The notes: generated by a model from the letters alone, not told the origin. DNA of 64,000 nt from Bdellovibrionota bacterium (GCA_050950765.1 JBMNIF010000002.1:672001-736000); one strand, 5' to 3'; numbered from the stretch's first letter, positions 28,502 to 39,343 are shown. Made by a program: numbers and translations.

Positions 28502-29437
28502 ATATATCTCGCTAAAATTCCGTCACAGGTCTCAACGGACATATTTCGAACACTGATTAGTTCATTTCCCATGTTTTCAATGGATTCCATAGATGGTACG
28601 GGCATGGAGTTAATTTCAGTTGAATTTACTTGGGTAGAGCCGTTCAGAATTCTATAATACTGATCATACAGGGTGGAGTTAAATATGACATATAATCCAA
28701 ACACAACACATTCTGATAAATCCTTAAGTCCTGTTATAAAGTTTAATTTGTTTTGAGTGCTTATTGTATCTAGTTCCGGATACTTTCTTGCGAGGTAAAC
28801 TGCAGACTGTAAGCGTCTTGGTTCTTCTTTAGAAGTAAATCTCTTTACAAAAAGATAGTTGCTGTTATTTTGTAATAGTCTAGGTCGTTTTTTTAATATA
28901 AACTCCTCTTCTCGTCCTATCGGAAATTCAACTTTTCCATTTTTTATATGTTGAGGATAGAACAAGGGGACAGAATTCTCTTCATAATCGTCTACAAGAT
29001 AATCTTTGTTCCTATAATTTACGGTAAGCCCCGTTTTCATTTTAAGCCCTAAATCAGGAAGGGTGTTATCAAATACAGATAGTTTTTCCAGAACTTTTAA
29101 TTCATCTCGGTTGGTAACTAGATAAACATACTTATCTTCTCCAGATACAATGATATTATAAGGAACTTTAAATTCATTAGTTTCAGTAAACGAGTTGCTA
29201 TCAATTGATGTTGAAATGGTAATTTTTTTCAACTTTTCATTAGTTTTTTTAGCCTTTAGGATCATAGTTTCTTGCAATACATTTTCTTGAGTGAAGACCC
29301 TATCTCGACTTTCAAATAAGTGTATATGTTCCAGAGAAGCTTCTTTTAAGAATTTCTTTCTGAATTTTGTGAAATAAGCTCCTGATGTCCAAGATCTTGG
29401 AATAATATAAACTAACTCACCACCATCTATTAGATTA

Positions 29438-31284
29438 CCTAAATTCCCGTTTTTTTTATAGTCTACACCTTAGTATTTAATATTTTATCGACAAAAATCT
29501 TCTGGTCAATTTCTAATGCTTCTAAAATATCTTTTTGTTTTTTTGTTAATGGCTGTAGTAGCATGCTCAGATTTTCATTATCTATGCGTCTTATCATTTT
29601 AAGCGCTTCTAAAACTCTCTGAATGGTTTTTTCTACTTTTTTGTTATTATTATTTATAGTTCTTTGTAAGTCTGACCACATAATTAAGCTAAGAAAGGAG
29701 ACGAAGCTTTTGCCGTCAGTAGTTTTTTCATTATGTGTTAGCATACGGTCATTATCCAATTCATTTTTTAAATTATCGAAAGCTTTCTCAATAAAGTCTC
29801 GTCGTGAATAGATATGAAGTGCTTCTTGTGGTGTCATTGTTGAGTGGTTACTCAAAAAAGCAAAAACTCCTAGCATAGATAAGATATCGGTAATTTTTTC
29901 ATGATCCCTTTCAAAACTTTCTAACTGCACTTCTTTCTTAGTTTTTATTTTGTAGTATTTAGAGTAGCGACTCATACTCATAGGCTTTTTCATTTCTTTT
30001 AGTTCATCTTCTAATCTGTCAATATGAGAGTAAAGAGTGCTCTCTTCCTCAGATGCACTTTTTGTATTTAAGTAAACGTAGAGAGAAAATTTTTCTCCAT
30101 TTATCACAATATCTTTTCTTACCCCATAACAATTTGTCCCAGATATGTGATTCCTAGAAGAGCGAAGAGTAACAGATGCTTCCCTCATAGTATCGTTGTA
30201 ATTTTTCTGAGATTTAGGAACAGCTACGAGAAATTCTATTTGCTCTTTTTTTATATATTCTAAATTTTCTTTTGTAATAAAACCTCTATCCAGAACATAA
30301 AATATATCATCAATACCTAAGCTTTTAGAGTATTCCATCATTGTTGTAAGAAAAACTTTATCAACAACACTTCCACTGTAAAGAAAAAAACTTATTGGTA
30401 AATTGCTGTCGGTAGCGTATAAAAGTCCGACATTTAGTTGTGGTAAATATTCTTTGTCTCTATTGTATCCATTCTCGGCAAGTGGCAAGTCTGCATAAGT
30501 AGAAAGGCTCGTAACATCATAAGCTACAGTCTCATTGTTTTTCATAGCATAGTTTTTCCACACAGAAAAAAACTTCATTTGATCTTGTTTGGTAATCGAT
30601 GAAAAAAGCTCACTTGTCTTTTGCGAAGATAGAGATATGTTTTTAGGGGTAAGAGTATTTTGCGAAAAATTATCTATATTCATCATTACATTGCCTTCGT
30701 AAGCCATGTATAACGCAGTATAAAAGATATCTTCGTATTTATCGGGGAAGATTGTTTTTAAGCATTTTAATAACCCTATAGCCTCAGCTCTCATCTTTAA
30801 TGCGACTACGTGACCTGCGTCCCAAACAAAGCGAGAAGAAGCTAGATCAATAACGTCAGATGGCATTGGATAATATTTTCTAAAGTTCTCATTAGGAATC
30901 ATTCTTCCTTGTCTATCAGGGTCTATCTTTCCCACAATCACTTCATCACAAGTAGGTGTGCCGTTTTTATTACGACGATGACCAAGTACGTGATACACAT
31001 ATTTTACGTTTCCTTTGCTATCTTTTTTATACGAAATCTTTTTTTCTGGAATTGGAATTGAAATATTTATTAAAGCCATTTTGTCTCCTATTTTTTTACT
31101 GTCTCGTAGACTACGGAAGTATAGTCTACAAAGCAAAAGATGTCAATAGTTTTTTTAAAAAAATTAAAAAAACTTTTATAAAAAAACTTAATTAAATAAG
31201 TATGTTGGAGGAAATATAATATTAGAAAATCTAAATATGAAATTAAATTATTGATATGGACTACATAAAAAACGGGAATTTAGG
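29438..31284 (-). mobile_element. IS1634-like insertion sequence, 1847 bp
   Basis: 26-bp TIRs (cctaaattcccgtttttt.., 24/26 identical), flanked by direct repeat TAGATTA (29431-29437 and 31285-31291). Confidence 0.93.
29463..31079 (-). CDS. DDE transposase, IS1634-like
   Basis: YDVTS, GYNRD, VLDRGF, YSRRDFIEKAFDNLK. ATG 31079 follows AGGAG. Confidence 0.92.
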   Translation of the reverse strand: MALINISIPIPEKKISYKKDSKGNVKYVYHVLGHRRNKNGTPTCDEVIVGKIDPDRQGRMIPNENFRKYYPMPSDVIDLASSRFVWDAGHVVALKMRAEAIGLLKCLKTIFPDKYEDIFYTALYMAYEGNVMMNIDNFSQNTLTPKNISLSSQKTSELFSSITKQDQMKFFSVWKNYAMKNNETVAYDVTSLSTYADLPLAENGYNRDKEYLPQLNVGLLYATDSNLPISFFLYSGSVVDKVFLTTMMEYSKSLGIDDIFYVLDRGFITKENLEYIKKEQIEFLVAVPKSQKNYNDTMREASVTLRSSRNHISGTNCYGVRKDIVINGEKFSLYVYLNTKSASEEESTLYSHIDRLEDELKEMKKPMSMSRYSKYYKIKTKKEVQLESFERDHEKITDILSMLGVFAFLSNHSTMTPQEALHIYSRRDFIEKAFDNLKNELDNDRMLTHNEKTTDGKSFVSFLSLIMWSDLQRTINNNNKKVEKTIQRVLEALKMIRRIDNENLSMLLQPLTKKQKDILEALEIDQKIFVDKILNTKV

Positions 31285-31822
31285 TAGATTAAATACGGAC
31301 ATACCCATAAATAGGAAATATAGATTCGGCGCTCCATAGCAGATATCTTGCATAGATCGGGCTTCCGATTCATTTTTTCCTATTTTCAAATACGGAGGGT
31401 TTCCTATAACCAAATCATATTTTTGAGGATTAGAGCAGGCTCCCAACATTCCATTGTATTCAAAACTCTGACTATTGATGTAGTTCTTAGTTATTATAGA
31501 AAACTTCAACTCTATGTTTATAGTCTCTTTAATCCAAGAAAGATTGTCTTTTAGTACAGGAATGACTTCTTTATCGGTTTCATAGCAAGTTAAAATTATT
31601 CTTTTCACCTTTGATGATTTACATATTCTTTCTATTAAGGCAGAGCTTAAAATTCCTGTACCCGCTCCTGGATCTAGGATATGCAATTCTTCTTTTTGTG
31701 GTATTTCAAATAAATTTGCCATGAAAACAGCTATTTCTTTGCTGGTAAAGAATTGTCCATAAGATTTTCTGTTTTCTTTGGATTTAGATTCAACATATAC
31801 ATTTGTTGAATTTTCAACATAA

Positions 31823-32046
31823 TCAACGATCTTCATTCCTTACCACCTTTATAATATCTGAAATGTCACAATTCAAAACGGCACATATTGGCAATAAGAA
31901 CTCCGTCGTAACATTTTCCGATTTTTTTATTTTATAAAAAGTGCTTCTACTTATATACTCACGTTTCATTAAGTCTTTATTAGTCATATCTTCATCGATT
32001 AATCTTTTAAACAACATTCATAGGAAAGATCAATTTTTGAAGACAC
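31823..32046 (-). pseudogene. Cro/C1-type HTH regulator of the RM locus, probably frameshifted near its 5' end
   Basis: LFKRLID..ISRSTFYKIK..ENVT..ICAVLNCDISDI. A GTG at 32046 with GAGGGG RBS gives SSKIDLSYE, out of frame by 1 nt with the ORF starting at 32017. Confidence 0.7.
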
Positions 32047-32426
32047 GCCAGCCCCTCTAATCTCTTCTTGCTTTATCTGTTAATTATATCACATTCCTCA
32101 CTTAAGCTATTACAAAGTTACTTTTTTCTTGAACTTTTTCATTGATAAAAAACAGATGGTCTGAAGATCCGTCCAATTTTCTATCCTAGCTCCCGTGTGT
32201 TGTTTCCATAAATTGCTTTATGCGTAAGCGTTGAACACTTATTGCTACTTGTGTTCTTAGAAAAAAAGATAAAAATGTTTAGAGTGTTTGTGTTAAAGAT
32301 AAAGAGGTGCAGATATCTGTTGAGGCTACCTTGAATGACCTTTGGATGATTTGTAACTGATTGTAATAATAGTAGTTTTGCTTTTTAGGGATTTACTGGA
32401 ATATTTATTTTTTATACAGAGAAGGG

Positions 32427-32867
32427 ATGATGAAACGGATAATTATATTAAGTGTAGCTGTGTTGGCGTTAGGGGCTTGTAACTTAACAACTCCTCGTAA
32501 CGTTTCAAGACGAGAATTAAGACGTGAAGCTGCTACAAAAGAAAAAAGTTTAGCACCCGTTCCGATTGAAGCCTTAGATGTTCAAAACGGTGTGGCTGCA
32601 ACTGATGTTGAGATCTTATGGATTCCGCCAACGGATCCTGTTGATGGGTTTGTTGTACGATACGGTTATTCAAAAGACGATCTAAATGAGACAGTTAAGA
32701 TTCCGTTAGCAGAGGCTGAAATAATAAACGATCCTAAACACGGAAATGTAATGCACTATATTATTCGTGATGTTGCAGCTGATAAAAAACTGTATATCAC
32801 CCTTTCAATCTTTATCGGAGATACAGTTTTTTTACCTGATGAGATGTTTGTAGCTAATCCCTATTGA
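32427..32867 (+). CDS. Lipoprotein with FN3-like domain
   Basis: Lipobox LGAC, then W-x-PP..VDGFVVRYG. Confidence 0.7.
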   Translation: MMKRIIILSVAVLALGACNLTTPRNVSRRELRREAATKEKSLAPVPIEALDVQNGVAATDVEILWIPPTDPVDGFVVRYGYSKDDLNETVKIPLAEAEIINDPKHGNVMHYIIRDVAADKKLYITLSIFIGDTVFLPDEMFVANPY

Positions 32868-32869
32868 TC

Positions 32870-33037
32870 TTTTATTGAGGATAAAAGTTTTTCAAACGAT
32901 GCCTTCTGTTTGTACTATTGAGGTTAAAAGCGTGATTTTTTAGTTATGAATTTTATTTTAGCAACGTTTTAATTAGTCAATCTCTAAAGGGCTTTTTATT
33001 GAGGTTAAAAATTTTTAAACTATACCTTTTGCTTGTA
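32870..33037. repeat. Degenerate duplication of the response-regulator 3' end
   Basis: tattgagg(a/t)taaaa at 32873, 32916 and 32997. 32870-32914 aligns with 32994-33037. Confidence 0.75.
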
Positions 33038-33845
33038 GAAAATCGCGCACAGCCTCCTCTTCTCCTTCTTTAAAGAGACGTGCTTCCAAACCTTGCAAAA
33101 CGATCCTTTTAGCACGACCTATTTCACGAGCGATATCGGCTTTTTTAGGCGGCTTTACTAAAAAGCCACTAGCTCCAGCAGTGAGACACTCTAATAAACA
33201 ATCAGTGGTGCCGAAAGCAGTAAGAACAATGATCGGAATGTTTTTGATGGCTGGCTTGCTTCTGATAGAACGTATCAATTCATGACCTGTCATTCTGGGC
33301 ATCTTGATATCGGTAAAGACGCAATCAAACGGCTGGTCTTCTCCTTCCAATAATTCCAGCGCTTCTTTGCCGGAGCTGACCCCCTTTGTTTTAATGGAGA
33401 ATCCGGACTCTTCTAAGTATATGCAGATAATATCACGTGGAGATTCTAAATCATCTACAACAAGAATATTAAAGTCAGAGTCTTTTTTAGGACGTTCTTC
33501 AAGGTAGTGTGTAAGGATCGTTCTTAATCTCTCTAGAGCGTTATTCCCCTCGATAACTTCCGCTCCAGAAAGTCGCATCTCTAAAGCTTTGTCTTTTTTT
33601 GAAGTGTTAATAATGAATAAAAGGTTTTCTATGCGCTTTTTCCACAACTCTCCTGCTAAAATTTGTTGAATATTGAATGGAATATCACTGTCAATAATAA
33701 GGATATCGAACTCTCTAAGTGAAAACCATTCCAACGCTGTTTTTGCATTCTGAACGGAACGGTATCGAAATCCTATTTCAGCAAGGAGAGGCTCTAGCGC
33801 AGCGCTTAATCTGTTGTTTGAGGTATATATTAAAACATCCGGCAT
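33015..33845 (-). CDS. Response regulator with degenerate and intact receiver domains
   Basis: C-terminal REC has VVDD, FTDIKMP, LTA and KP. The N-terminal REC-like domain lacks the acidic pair. Confidence 0.88.
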   Translation of the reverse strand: MPDVLIYTSNNRLSAALEPLLAEIGFRYRSVQNAKTALEWFSLREFDILIIDSDIPFNIQQILAGELWKKRIENLLFIINTSKKDKALEMRLSGAEVIEGNNALERLRTILTHYLEERPKKDSDFNILVVDDLESPRDIICIYLEESGFSIKTKGVSSGKEALELLEGEDQPFDCVFTDIKMPRMTGHELIRSIRSKPAIKNIPIIVLTAFGTTDCLLECLTAGASGFLVKPPKKADIAREIGRAKRIVLQGLEARLFKEGEEEAVRDFLQAKGIV

Positions 33846-33890
33846 CGTCTTCTCCTGATCTTACTCCAACACCTCCTTAAAATTTTTGTC

Positions 33891-34229
33891 CTAAGAGGGT
33901 GAGCTCTTTAGATCCTTAATGCTAAGCTCGATCTGTTCTAAAAGAGCTTTTATTTCAAAGTTGCGTTCTATGGTTTTTATAAGTGGAGCTTCAAAAATCG
34001 TTTCTAATTGTGCAGCCAGTTCGGCGATCTGTGATAGCCCAAACATTCCAGCTGCTCCCTTTATTTTGTGAAACTCTTGGCAAAAATCGGTCTTTAACCA
34101 AGTGCTTGGCATCGTATCTGAGCAGGCAGAAAGTAGCTCTCTTACCTTGCTACACTGTTCTTCCAGCTCTGCCATTAACATTAAAAAAGCCTTTGAGTCT
34201 TTTGGCCACGTCTCTTGTATCTCTTTCAT
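33891..34229 (-). CDS. Stand-alone Hpt histidine phosphotransfer protein
   Basis: FHKIKGAAGMFGL..AAQLE. Confidence 0.9.
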   Translation of the reverse strand: MKEIQETWPKDSKAFLMLMAELEEQCSKVRELLSACSDTMPSTWLKTDFCQEFHKIKGAAGMFGLSQIAELAAQLETIFEAPLIKTIERNFEIKALLEQIELSIKDLKSSPS

Positions 34230-34408
34230 ATTGACACTTTCGGAAGAAAAGAGGGTAAACTTGATATGAAAATATTTTTTATCCTTCTCATTTGTCGTAG
34301 GTATGTAGTTAAAAAAGCAGGGGAATGGGTAAAAAGATCTGTATTGTTGTTTTTAGCGGCATTGGTTAGTATTGGGGCAATTTGGCATCCTATTTGTGTG
34401 TATTTATT

Positions 34409-35488
34409 ATGAAAAAAATACTTTTACCTATAATTCTTATTGCGGTTGTTGTTGCTGCTTTTTTCCTGACGAAAGATGAGAAGCGTACAGATTCTTCAAC
34501 TGAGAGCTCCTCTACAACTGTAAAACAGGAAGATGTGACTACTCCTACTGAAGACATCGCCACGACGGCAACTCCTACCGCCACTGAAGTTGAAAAAGAA
34601 GATGACGCCAAGTTTGTTGAATTGGAGCCCGTTGAAGAGATTCGTCCGGCGACTGAGTTGTATAACTCGGCTGATGAAGCTTTCAATGCAATTAAAAAAG
34701 GTTCTGAAAGTTATGACGATTCAGTACTTGAACAGTTCTCCGACCTTGAAAAAGATTGCAGATGGTGTGATGAGCTTTATAACAAAGTTCAAGAGGCGAT
34801 GCTTAATGCCTCCACTGAAGAGGAGCAGCGTAGCTATTTTGCTGAGATCTTAGCTTCCAGCGGAAAACCTGAAAATATAGCTGCTCTTATCTCTGCTATG
34901 AAGGATGCTAAGAGTGAGGATGATGCTGATACGTATTTGGAAGCGCTAGAGATTACGATGGGAGATGATAAGACAGTTGATTATCTTAGTTCTCAACTTG
35001 ATACGGATAATGAAAAGCTTAAGAGCTCTCTAATCGCCGCTATTACTAATCACGGCACTCCGTTAGCTATTGAGACGTTGTATGAACAAACTGTGCAGAG
35101 TGGTGATACTGATGGCTATTACTCATTGGGAATCGGTTTAGGAGAGGTTATTCCTGATGAGGAGAGTTTGCCGTTCCTTACAGAGCTAGTAAATAAACGG
35201 GATCAATATTCGCACCTTGCAGTGAAAGCTTTACTTAATTACGGCGTGGATGGCTTGCGGGTGGTGTTTGATACATTGGAGCTTTCCTCTGATGCAGAGA
35301 CCGATCGCAAGATGTTGAAAGATGCTATTGACCATGTCAGTTATGAAGAAGAAACAGAAGCGTATGCAAAAGAGATCTTGAATAAATCAAAGAATCCCGT
35401 AGTGCAGGATTTCGCTCGGGAGATAATTAAAGAGTTTGATGTAGAAGATCTTGAAGATGAAGAAGATGAAGATGCGGATGAAGAGTAG
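34409..35488 (+). CDS. Membrane-anchored acidic HEAT-repeat-like protein
   Basis: MKKILL N-terminal TM, Thr/Glu linker, CRWC, helical repeats, acidic tail. Confidence 0.65.
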   Translation: MKKILLPIILIAVVVAAFFLTKDEKRTDSSTESSSTTVKQEDVTTPTEDIATTATPTATEVEKEDDAKFVELEPVEEIRPATELYNSADEAFNAIKKGSESYDDSVLEQFSDLEKDCRWCDELYNKVQEAMLNASTEEEQRSYFAEILASSGKPENIAALISAMKDAKSEDDADTYLEALEITMGDDKTVDYLSSQLDTDNEKLKSSLIAAITNHGTPLAIETLYEQTVQSGDTDGYYSLGIGLGEVIPDEESLPFLTELVNKRDQYSHLAVKALLNYGVDGLRVVFDTLELSSDAETDRKMLKDAIDHVSYEEETEAYAKEILNKSKNPVVQDFAREIIKEFDVEDLEDEEDEDADEE

Positions 35489-35531
35489 CTTCTAAAACGT
35501 AATACCGTAAAAGGTTTCAATAATAAGGTCT

Positions 35532-35568
35532 AAAAAAAAGGGGGAGATATAGTTCTCTCCTTTTTTTT
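35532..35568. terminator. Bidirectional intrinsic terminator
   Basis: aaaaaaaagggggaga-tatagt-tctctccttttttt. Confidence 0.75.
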
Positions 35569-35614
35569 GTAGCTAATCAAGTGGGAGCAGGTGAGAGCTT
35601 AACTTCTTAGCTCT

Positions 35615-35818
35615 AAAAAGCTTCTGAACTAGAGAGTTAAGATCAAACAGATAAAAGTGCTATTTTTTTTTGGGGTCTCAAGTGCGAAGTTGGGAAAAAA
35701 GCTTCTTAACTAGAAAGTTAAGATCAAGCAGATAAAATTGCTATTTTTTTTTGGGGGCTCAAGTGCGAAGTTAGGAAAAAAGCTTCTTAACTAGAGAGTT
35801 AAGATCAAGCAGGTAAAA
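35615..35818. repeat. 81-bp tandem repeat (~2.5 copies), intergenic
   Basis: gcttct at 35620, 35701 and 35782. Confidence 0.93.
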
Positions 35819-35851
35819 ATTACTACTAATATCTTAACTTTTTACCTTACT

Positions 35852-38074
35852 CTACTTAATACGGATAAAGTGATTTTCTCCGATAAATAGCGGTAATTTC
35901 TCTTTCTCTTTAAAAACGATACGTAGCGGGCGCACGGAGTCTTCTGTTTTTGGAATTGGGATCTCAAAGGTGTGCCATGATCCGTTAGCAGGGAAAGTAA
36001 GAGTATAAAAGGGAGAATCTTCTATCCGTTTTTTTGCAAAGAGTTCAACACTACATATTTTGTTATCATTTTTTAGAGTTCTTAAAGATATCTGAAGTTT
36101 ACCTTGCGGGTATGAAGGAACTTGAAGAAAGTAGTCGTCAGTAACAGGGATGTTAGGAATTAACTCAAAGAGCTTCCAGCCGAAGCTATCTTGTCCGTGA
36201 TCGATAAGTTGCGTTTGAAACTCTTTTAAACGTGCTGCAAAAGCGTTTTCTTCAAAGGTAGATTCTGAAGTTGTATCAAAAAGGATAAAGCGTAGCCCTG
36301 AAATGGTGGTGAGAGCGATTAAAGAGCGGTTATCTGGAAAGTTTGCCATCTTACGGGGATAGTCGCGCATCAGTTTTGTTATCATGCCGCTATAGCCGTT
36401 AAAGATCTTTAATTCGAGAGGAGCAGCCATATTCATATAGGCGGTGTTTTGCACGGCGTAATCTTGCCAACTCTTTACAGTCCCGTCTCTATTTAAGGTT
36501 GTAGTAAGGGGGAGAACCATAGTGACGTCTTGTGGTCTAGCCATAGTGGCAACTTTTTTAAAGATGGGAGGAGTTTGTGTTAAAGGTTCAACGGGGAAGA
36601 TAGGGTAATAATTTTCAAAAATAATTAGGGAACAGAGGATAGTAGTTAATAAAAGTCGACTCCGCTTTTTAGTTGTAAGATTCATAATAGCAAACGGGAT
36701 TAGAAGCGCTACGCAGAAGGTAACAACAACACAGAAGCGACTGATGTCGCGAACGCTATTCATACCTGGGATAAGATAGAACGCTGAACTAAAAACTCCG
36801 AAGGCTAACTCTTTATGTTTTGGTCCCGTATTACCGAGAGGGCCTAAGGAGAAGATAAAAAAGATATAAGCACAAAAGGCGAAAATTATAATAATGTCGC
36901 GGTTAGTCAGGTATGAACAATTTGCAGAACGTTCAAATTTACCGAATTTGTAGATAAAAACAGTTAAGATAATTATAGAAAACCAACTAGAAAAAGCTGT
37001 TATAAATCTGAGCAGGTCTCTACTTTGTGTTGCGTCTTTAAAGTTAAAAGCAGATGAGATAACGGTAAGTAAGACTAAAGCGCTACAAACGGCTAACAAC
37101 TTTTTATGAGGAGAAATTTTTAAACGTAAAATAGCATAAAACGCTAATACCGTTACGGTTACACCGGAAGAGAGAAAACGTGCCATCTCACTAGAAAATA
37201 AAAATGTGCCTGTAAGGTTTCTCCAAAAATTGGAGCCTAAGTAAGAGAGTGTAGTAGCGGCAAAGGCGTACGGCTCGGAGAGGTCTCTAACACCGAAAGT
37301 TTCTTTAACGGCTAAGTACGGTAACAAAAACGGGATGATCGGAAGTGTTCCGAGTAGGCAACTAATAGCGAGTGTGGTAAAGTCTTTAAGTGTAAATTGA
37401 GAAGGACGTAGTAGAAAAACGGTGCCGCAGATAATAAAGAGGAGAGGCGGAATAAAAACGGCATAATAAACGGTAGATAAAAAAGCAGCTACCTCTGTCA
37501 GTCCGAGAAGGATTCCGAAATAGAACTTTTTACCTGAAAAAAAAGAGATCAAAAAATAGACGCTTAGTGGGATAAAAAAAGCGAATTGAAGTTGAGGGTG
37601 TCCGATATTTGCGCAAAAGAAGCCGTAAGCCATAAAGGCTACTCCAGCTGCTAACGCTGGAAGAGACCTTCCGGAAAGTTTTGCTGCAACAAGAAAGGTG
37701 CAAAATCCGTTTAAGAAGGTAGCTGCTAAAAAAACGAGGTTGTATGAAATAATTTGAGAGATGCCGAGTTTCGTTAAGATTAGGCCGATAAAGGAGGGGA
37801 GTAAGAAATTATCACTCCACGCTAATGTTTTGGTGTATGGATAAAAAGCGGCGGTGTTAAACCAACCTTCTGAGAGCATCTGCTTTATATTAGAGTTAAA
37901 AAGCCAGACGTATAATCCAGCATCGCCACTTGCGCCACCTAAGTATTGTGAAGAGAGGGTGCTAAGACCGTGATATCTTATAATGACCGTTACAAGTGCG
38001 TAAATTATAACGGAAAGTAAGATCTCTTTTGTCGTTAATCTTTTGTCTTGAATAAATGGTATCTGAATATTCAT
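35852..38074 (-). CDS. Polytopic membrane protein, GT-C / YfhO-like glycosyltransferase
   Basis: Many TMs; GDxxLxxW, FYPYxxTLAWSD, HPQL, R..SRF, NGYSG. Confidence 0.65.
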   Translation of the reverse strand: MNIQIPFIQDKRLTTKEILLSVIIYALVTVIIRYHGLSTLSSQYLGGASGDAGLYVWLFNSNIKQMLSEGWFNTAAFYPYTKTLAWSDNFLLPSFIGLILTKLGISQIISYNLVFLAATFLNGFCTFLVAAKLSGRSLPALAAGVAFMAYGFFCANIGHPQLQFAFFIPLSVYFLISFFSGKKFYFGILLGLTEVAAFLSTVYYAVFIPPLLFIICGTVFLLRPSQFTLKDFTTLAISCLLGTLPIIPFLLPYLAVKETFGVRDLSEPYAFAATTLSYLGSNFWRNLTGTFLFSSEMARFLSSGVTVTVLAFYAILRLKISPHKKLLAVCSALVLLTVISSAFNFKDATQSRDLLRFITAFSSWFSIIILTVFIYKFGKFERSANCSYLTNRDIIIIFAFCAYIFFIFSLGPLGNTGPKHKELAFGVFSSAFYLIPGMNSVRDISRFCVVVTFCVALLIPFAIMNLTTKKRSRLLLTTILCSLIIFENYYPIFPVEPLTQTPPIFKKVATMARPQDVTMVLPLTTTLNRDGTVKSWQDYAVQNTAYMNMAAPLELKIFNGYSGMITKLMRDYPRKMANFPDNRSLIALTTISGLRFILFDTTSESTFEENAFAARLKEFQTQLIDHGQDSFGWKLFELIPNIPVTDDYFLQVPSYPQGKLQISLRTLKNDNKICSVELFAKKRIEDSPFYTLTFPANGSWHTFEIPIPKTEDSVRPLRIVFKEKEKLPLFIGENHFIRIK

Positions 38075-38434
38075 ATAACTGAAGAAGTTTATAAGCTATC
38101 ACTATTTTTTATAATAACGACTAATAAAGGTTCCGCCAATAGTAACACTTACTACTAGGAAGGTGTATTTGAAAAAGCGCTCTGTTTTTGTTGCGCTCTC
38201 TGTTTATTATCTTGAGGGGCTTAGCTTAATATTTTATATCTTATGACGGTTTCTCTTGGATGATTGCAAGGTGTTTTTTATGGCTAGCACCGTAATTACA
38301 ATGCAATATTTAGGAGGTGTTTAGTGTCTCTTTCTTTAGTTTTATAAATAAGTATCGTTTTGGTAGCAGGATAGCGAGAGCACTAAGAGATCGGAGGTTT
38401 TAACTGATTTAATTAAAAACAATCGGAAATAAAG

Positions 38435-39343
38435 ATGAAGGTGCAAAATATACTTGAGACGATCGGAGATACTCCACATGTTAAGATCAATAAACTCTTC
38501 GGAGATGAGATTAACGTTTGGATGAAGATTGAAAAACTTAACCCTGGGGGAAGTGTTAAAGATCGGGTGGCGCAAGGTATGATTGAAGACGCTGAAGCGC
38601 GGGGGCTCTTACAACGTGGTGGAACTATTGTAGAGCCTACTTCAGGTAACACCGGCATCGGGTTGGCAGTGGTGGCTGCTGTTAAAGGATATAACCTTAT
38701 CCTTGTTATGCCGGAATCAATGTCACTTGAAAGGCGGTGTTGTTTGGAGGCGTTGGGAGCTAAGATTGTATTAACTCCGGCAGAAGAGGGGATGGCAGGC
38801 TCAATTAAAAAAGCAGATGAGATAGCGGCGGAGGAAAGCGCTTGGATGCCGCAGCAGTTTAACAATCCTGTTAATTCTAAAGTGCATTATGAAACAACGG
38901 CGCAGGAGATCTTAGCTGATTTTAGTTGTGGCGTAGACTTTTTTTTCAGTGCCGTTGGTACGGGTGGACAGATCTCTGGTATCGGAAAAGCGTTAAAAGA
39001 GAGAAATAAACGAACAAAGGTTATCGCTATCGAACCGGACACTTCAGCTGTTTTAAGTGGTGGGCAGGCAGGATCGCACGCCATACAAGGGATCGGTGCT
39101 GGTTTTATTCCGAAGGTGTTGGATACTACGATTATCGATGAGGTTGTTTGTATTTCAAAAGAAGAAGCGTATGAGTATACGCACCGTTCTGCTAAAGAAG
39201 AGGGGATCCTTGTTGGTATTAGTAGCGGTGCCACCCTCGCTGCTATCGCTAAGAAAAGGAGCTCTATTCCAGATGGCAGTACAGTTATTCTTATCGCCTA
39301 TGATACAGGGGATAGGTACCTCTCTGTGGATGGTTTATTTTAA
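38435..39343 (+). CDS. cysK: Cysteine synthase A
   Basis: [35 protein letters not shown]. Confidence 0.97.
   Translation: MKVQNILETIGDTPHVKINKLFGDEINVWMKIEKLNPGGSVKDRVAQGMIEDAEARGLLQRGGTIVEPTSGNTGIGLAVVAAVKGYNLILVMPESMSLERRCCLEALGAKIVLTPAEEGMAGSIKKADEIAAEESAWMPQQFNNPVNSKVHYETTAQEILADFSCGVDFFFSAVGTGGQISGIGKALKERNKRTKVIAIEPDTSAVLSGGQAGSHAIQGIGAGFIPKVLDTTIIDEVVCISKEEAYEYTHRSAKEEGILVGISSGATLAAIAKKRSSIPDGSTVILIAYDTGDRYLSVDGLF

Larger units (their letters stand above)
28498..31836 (-). pseudogene. N6-adenine DNA methyltransferase (Eco57I-like domain, M.BsuBI/M.PstI type) interrupted by IS
   Basis: N-part has GQFFT, ILDPGAGTG and NPPY. Removing the IS and one TSD restores a continuous 494-aa frame (..VFNL|IDGGELVYIIPRSWTSGAYF..GSTQVN..). 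Confidence 0.93.

Noticed and set aside
28498..31836. The 259-aa and 191-aa ORFs as two separate genes
   Set aside because: They are halves of one methyltransferase split by the IS.
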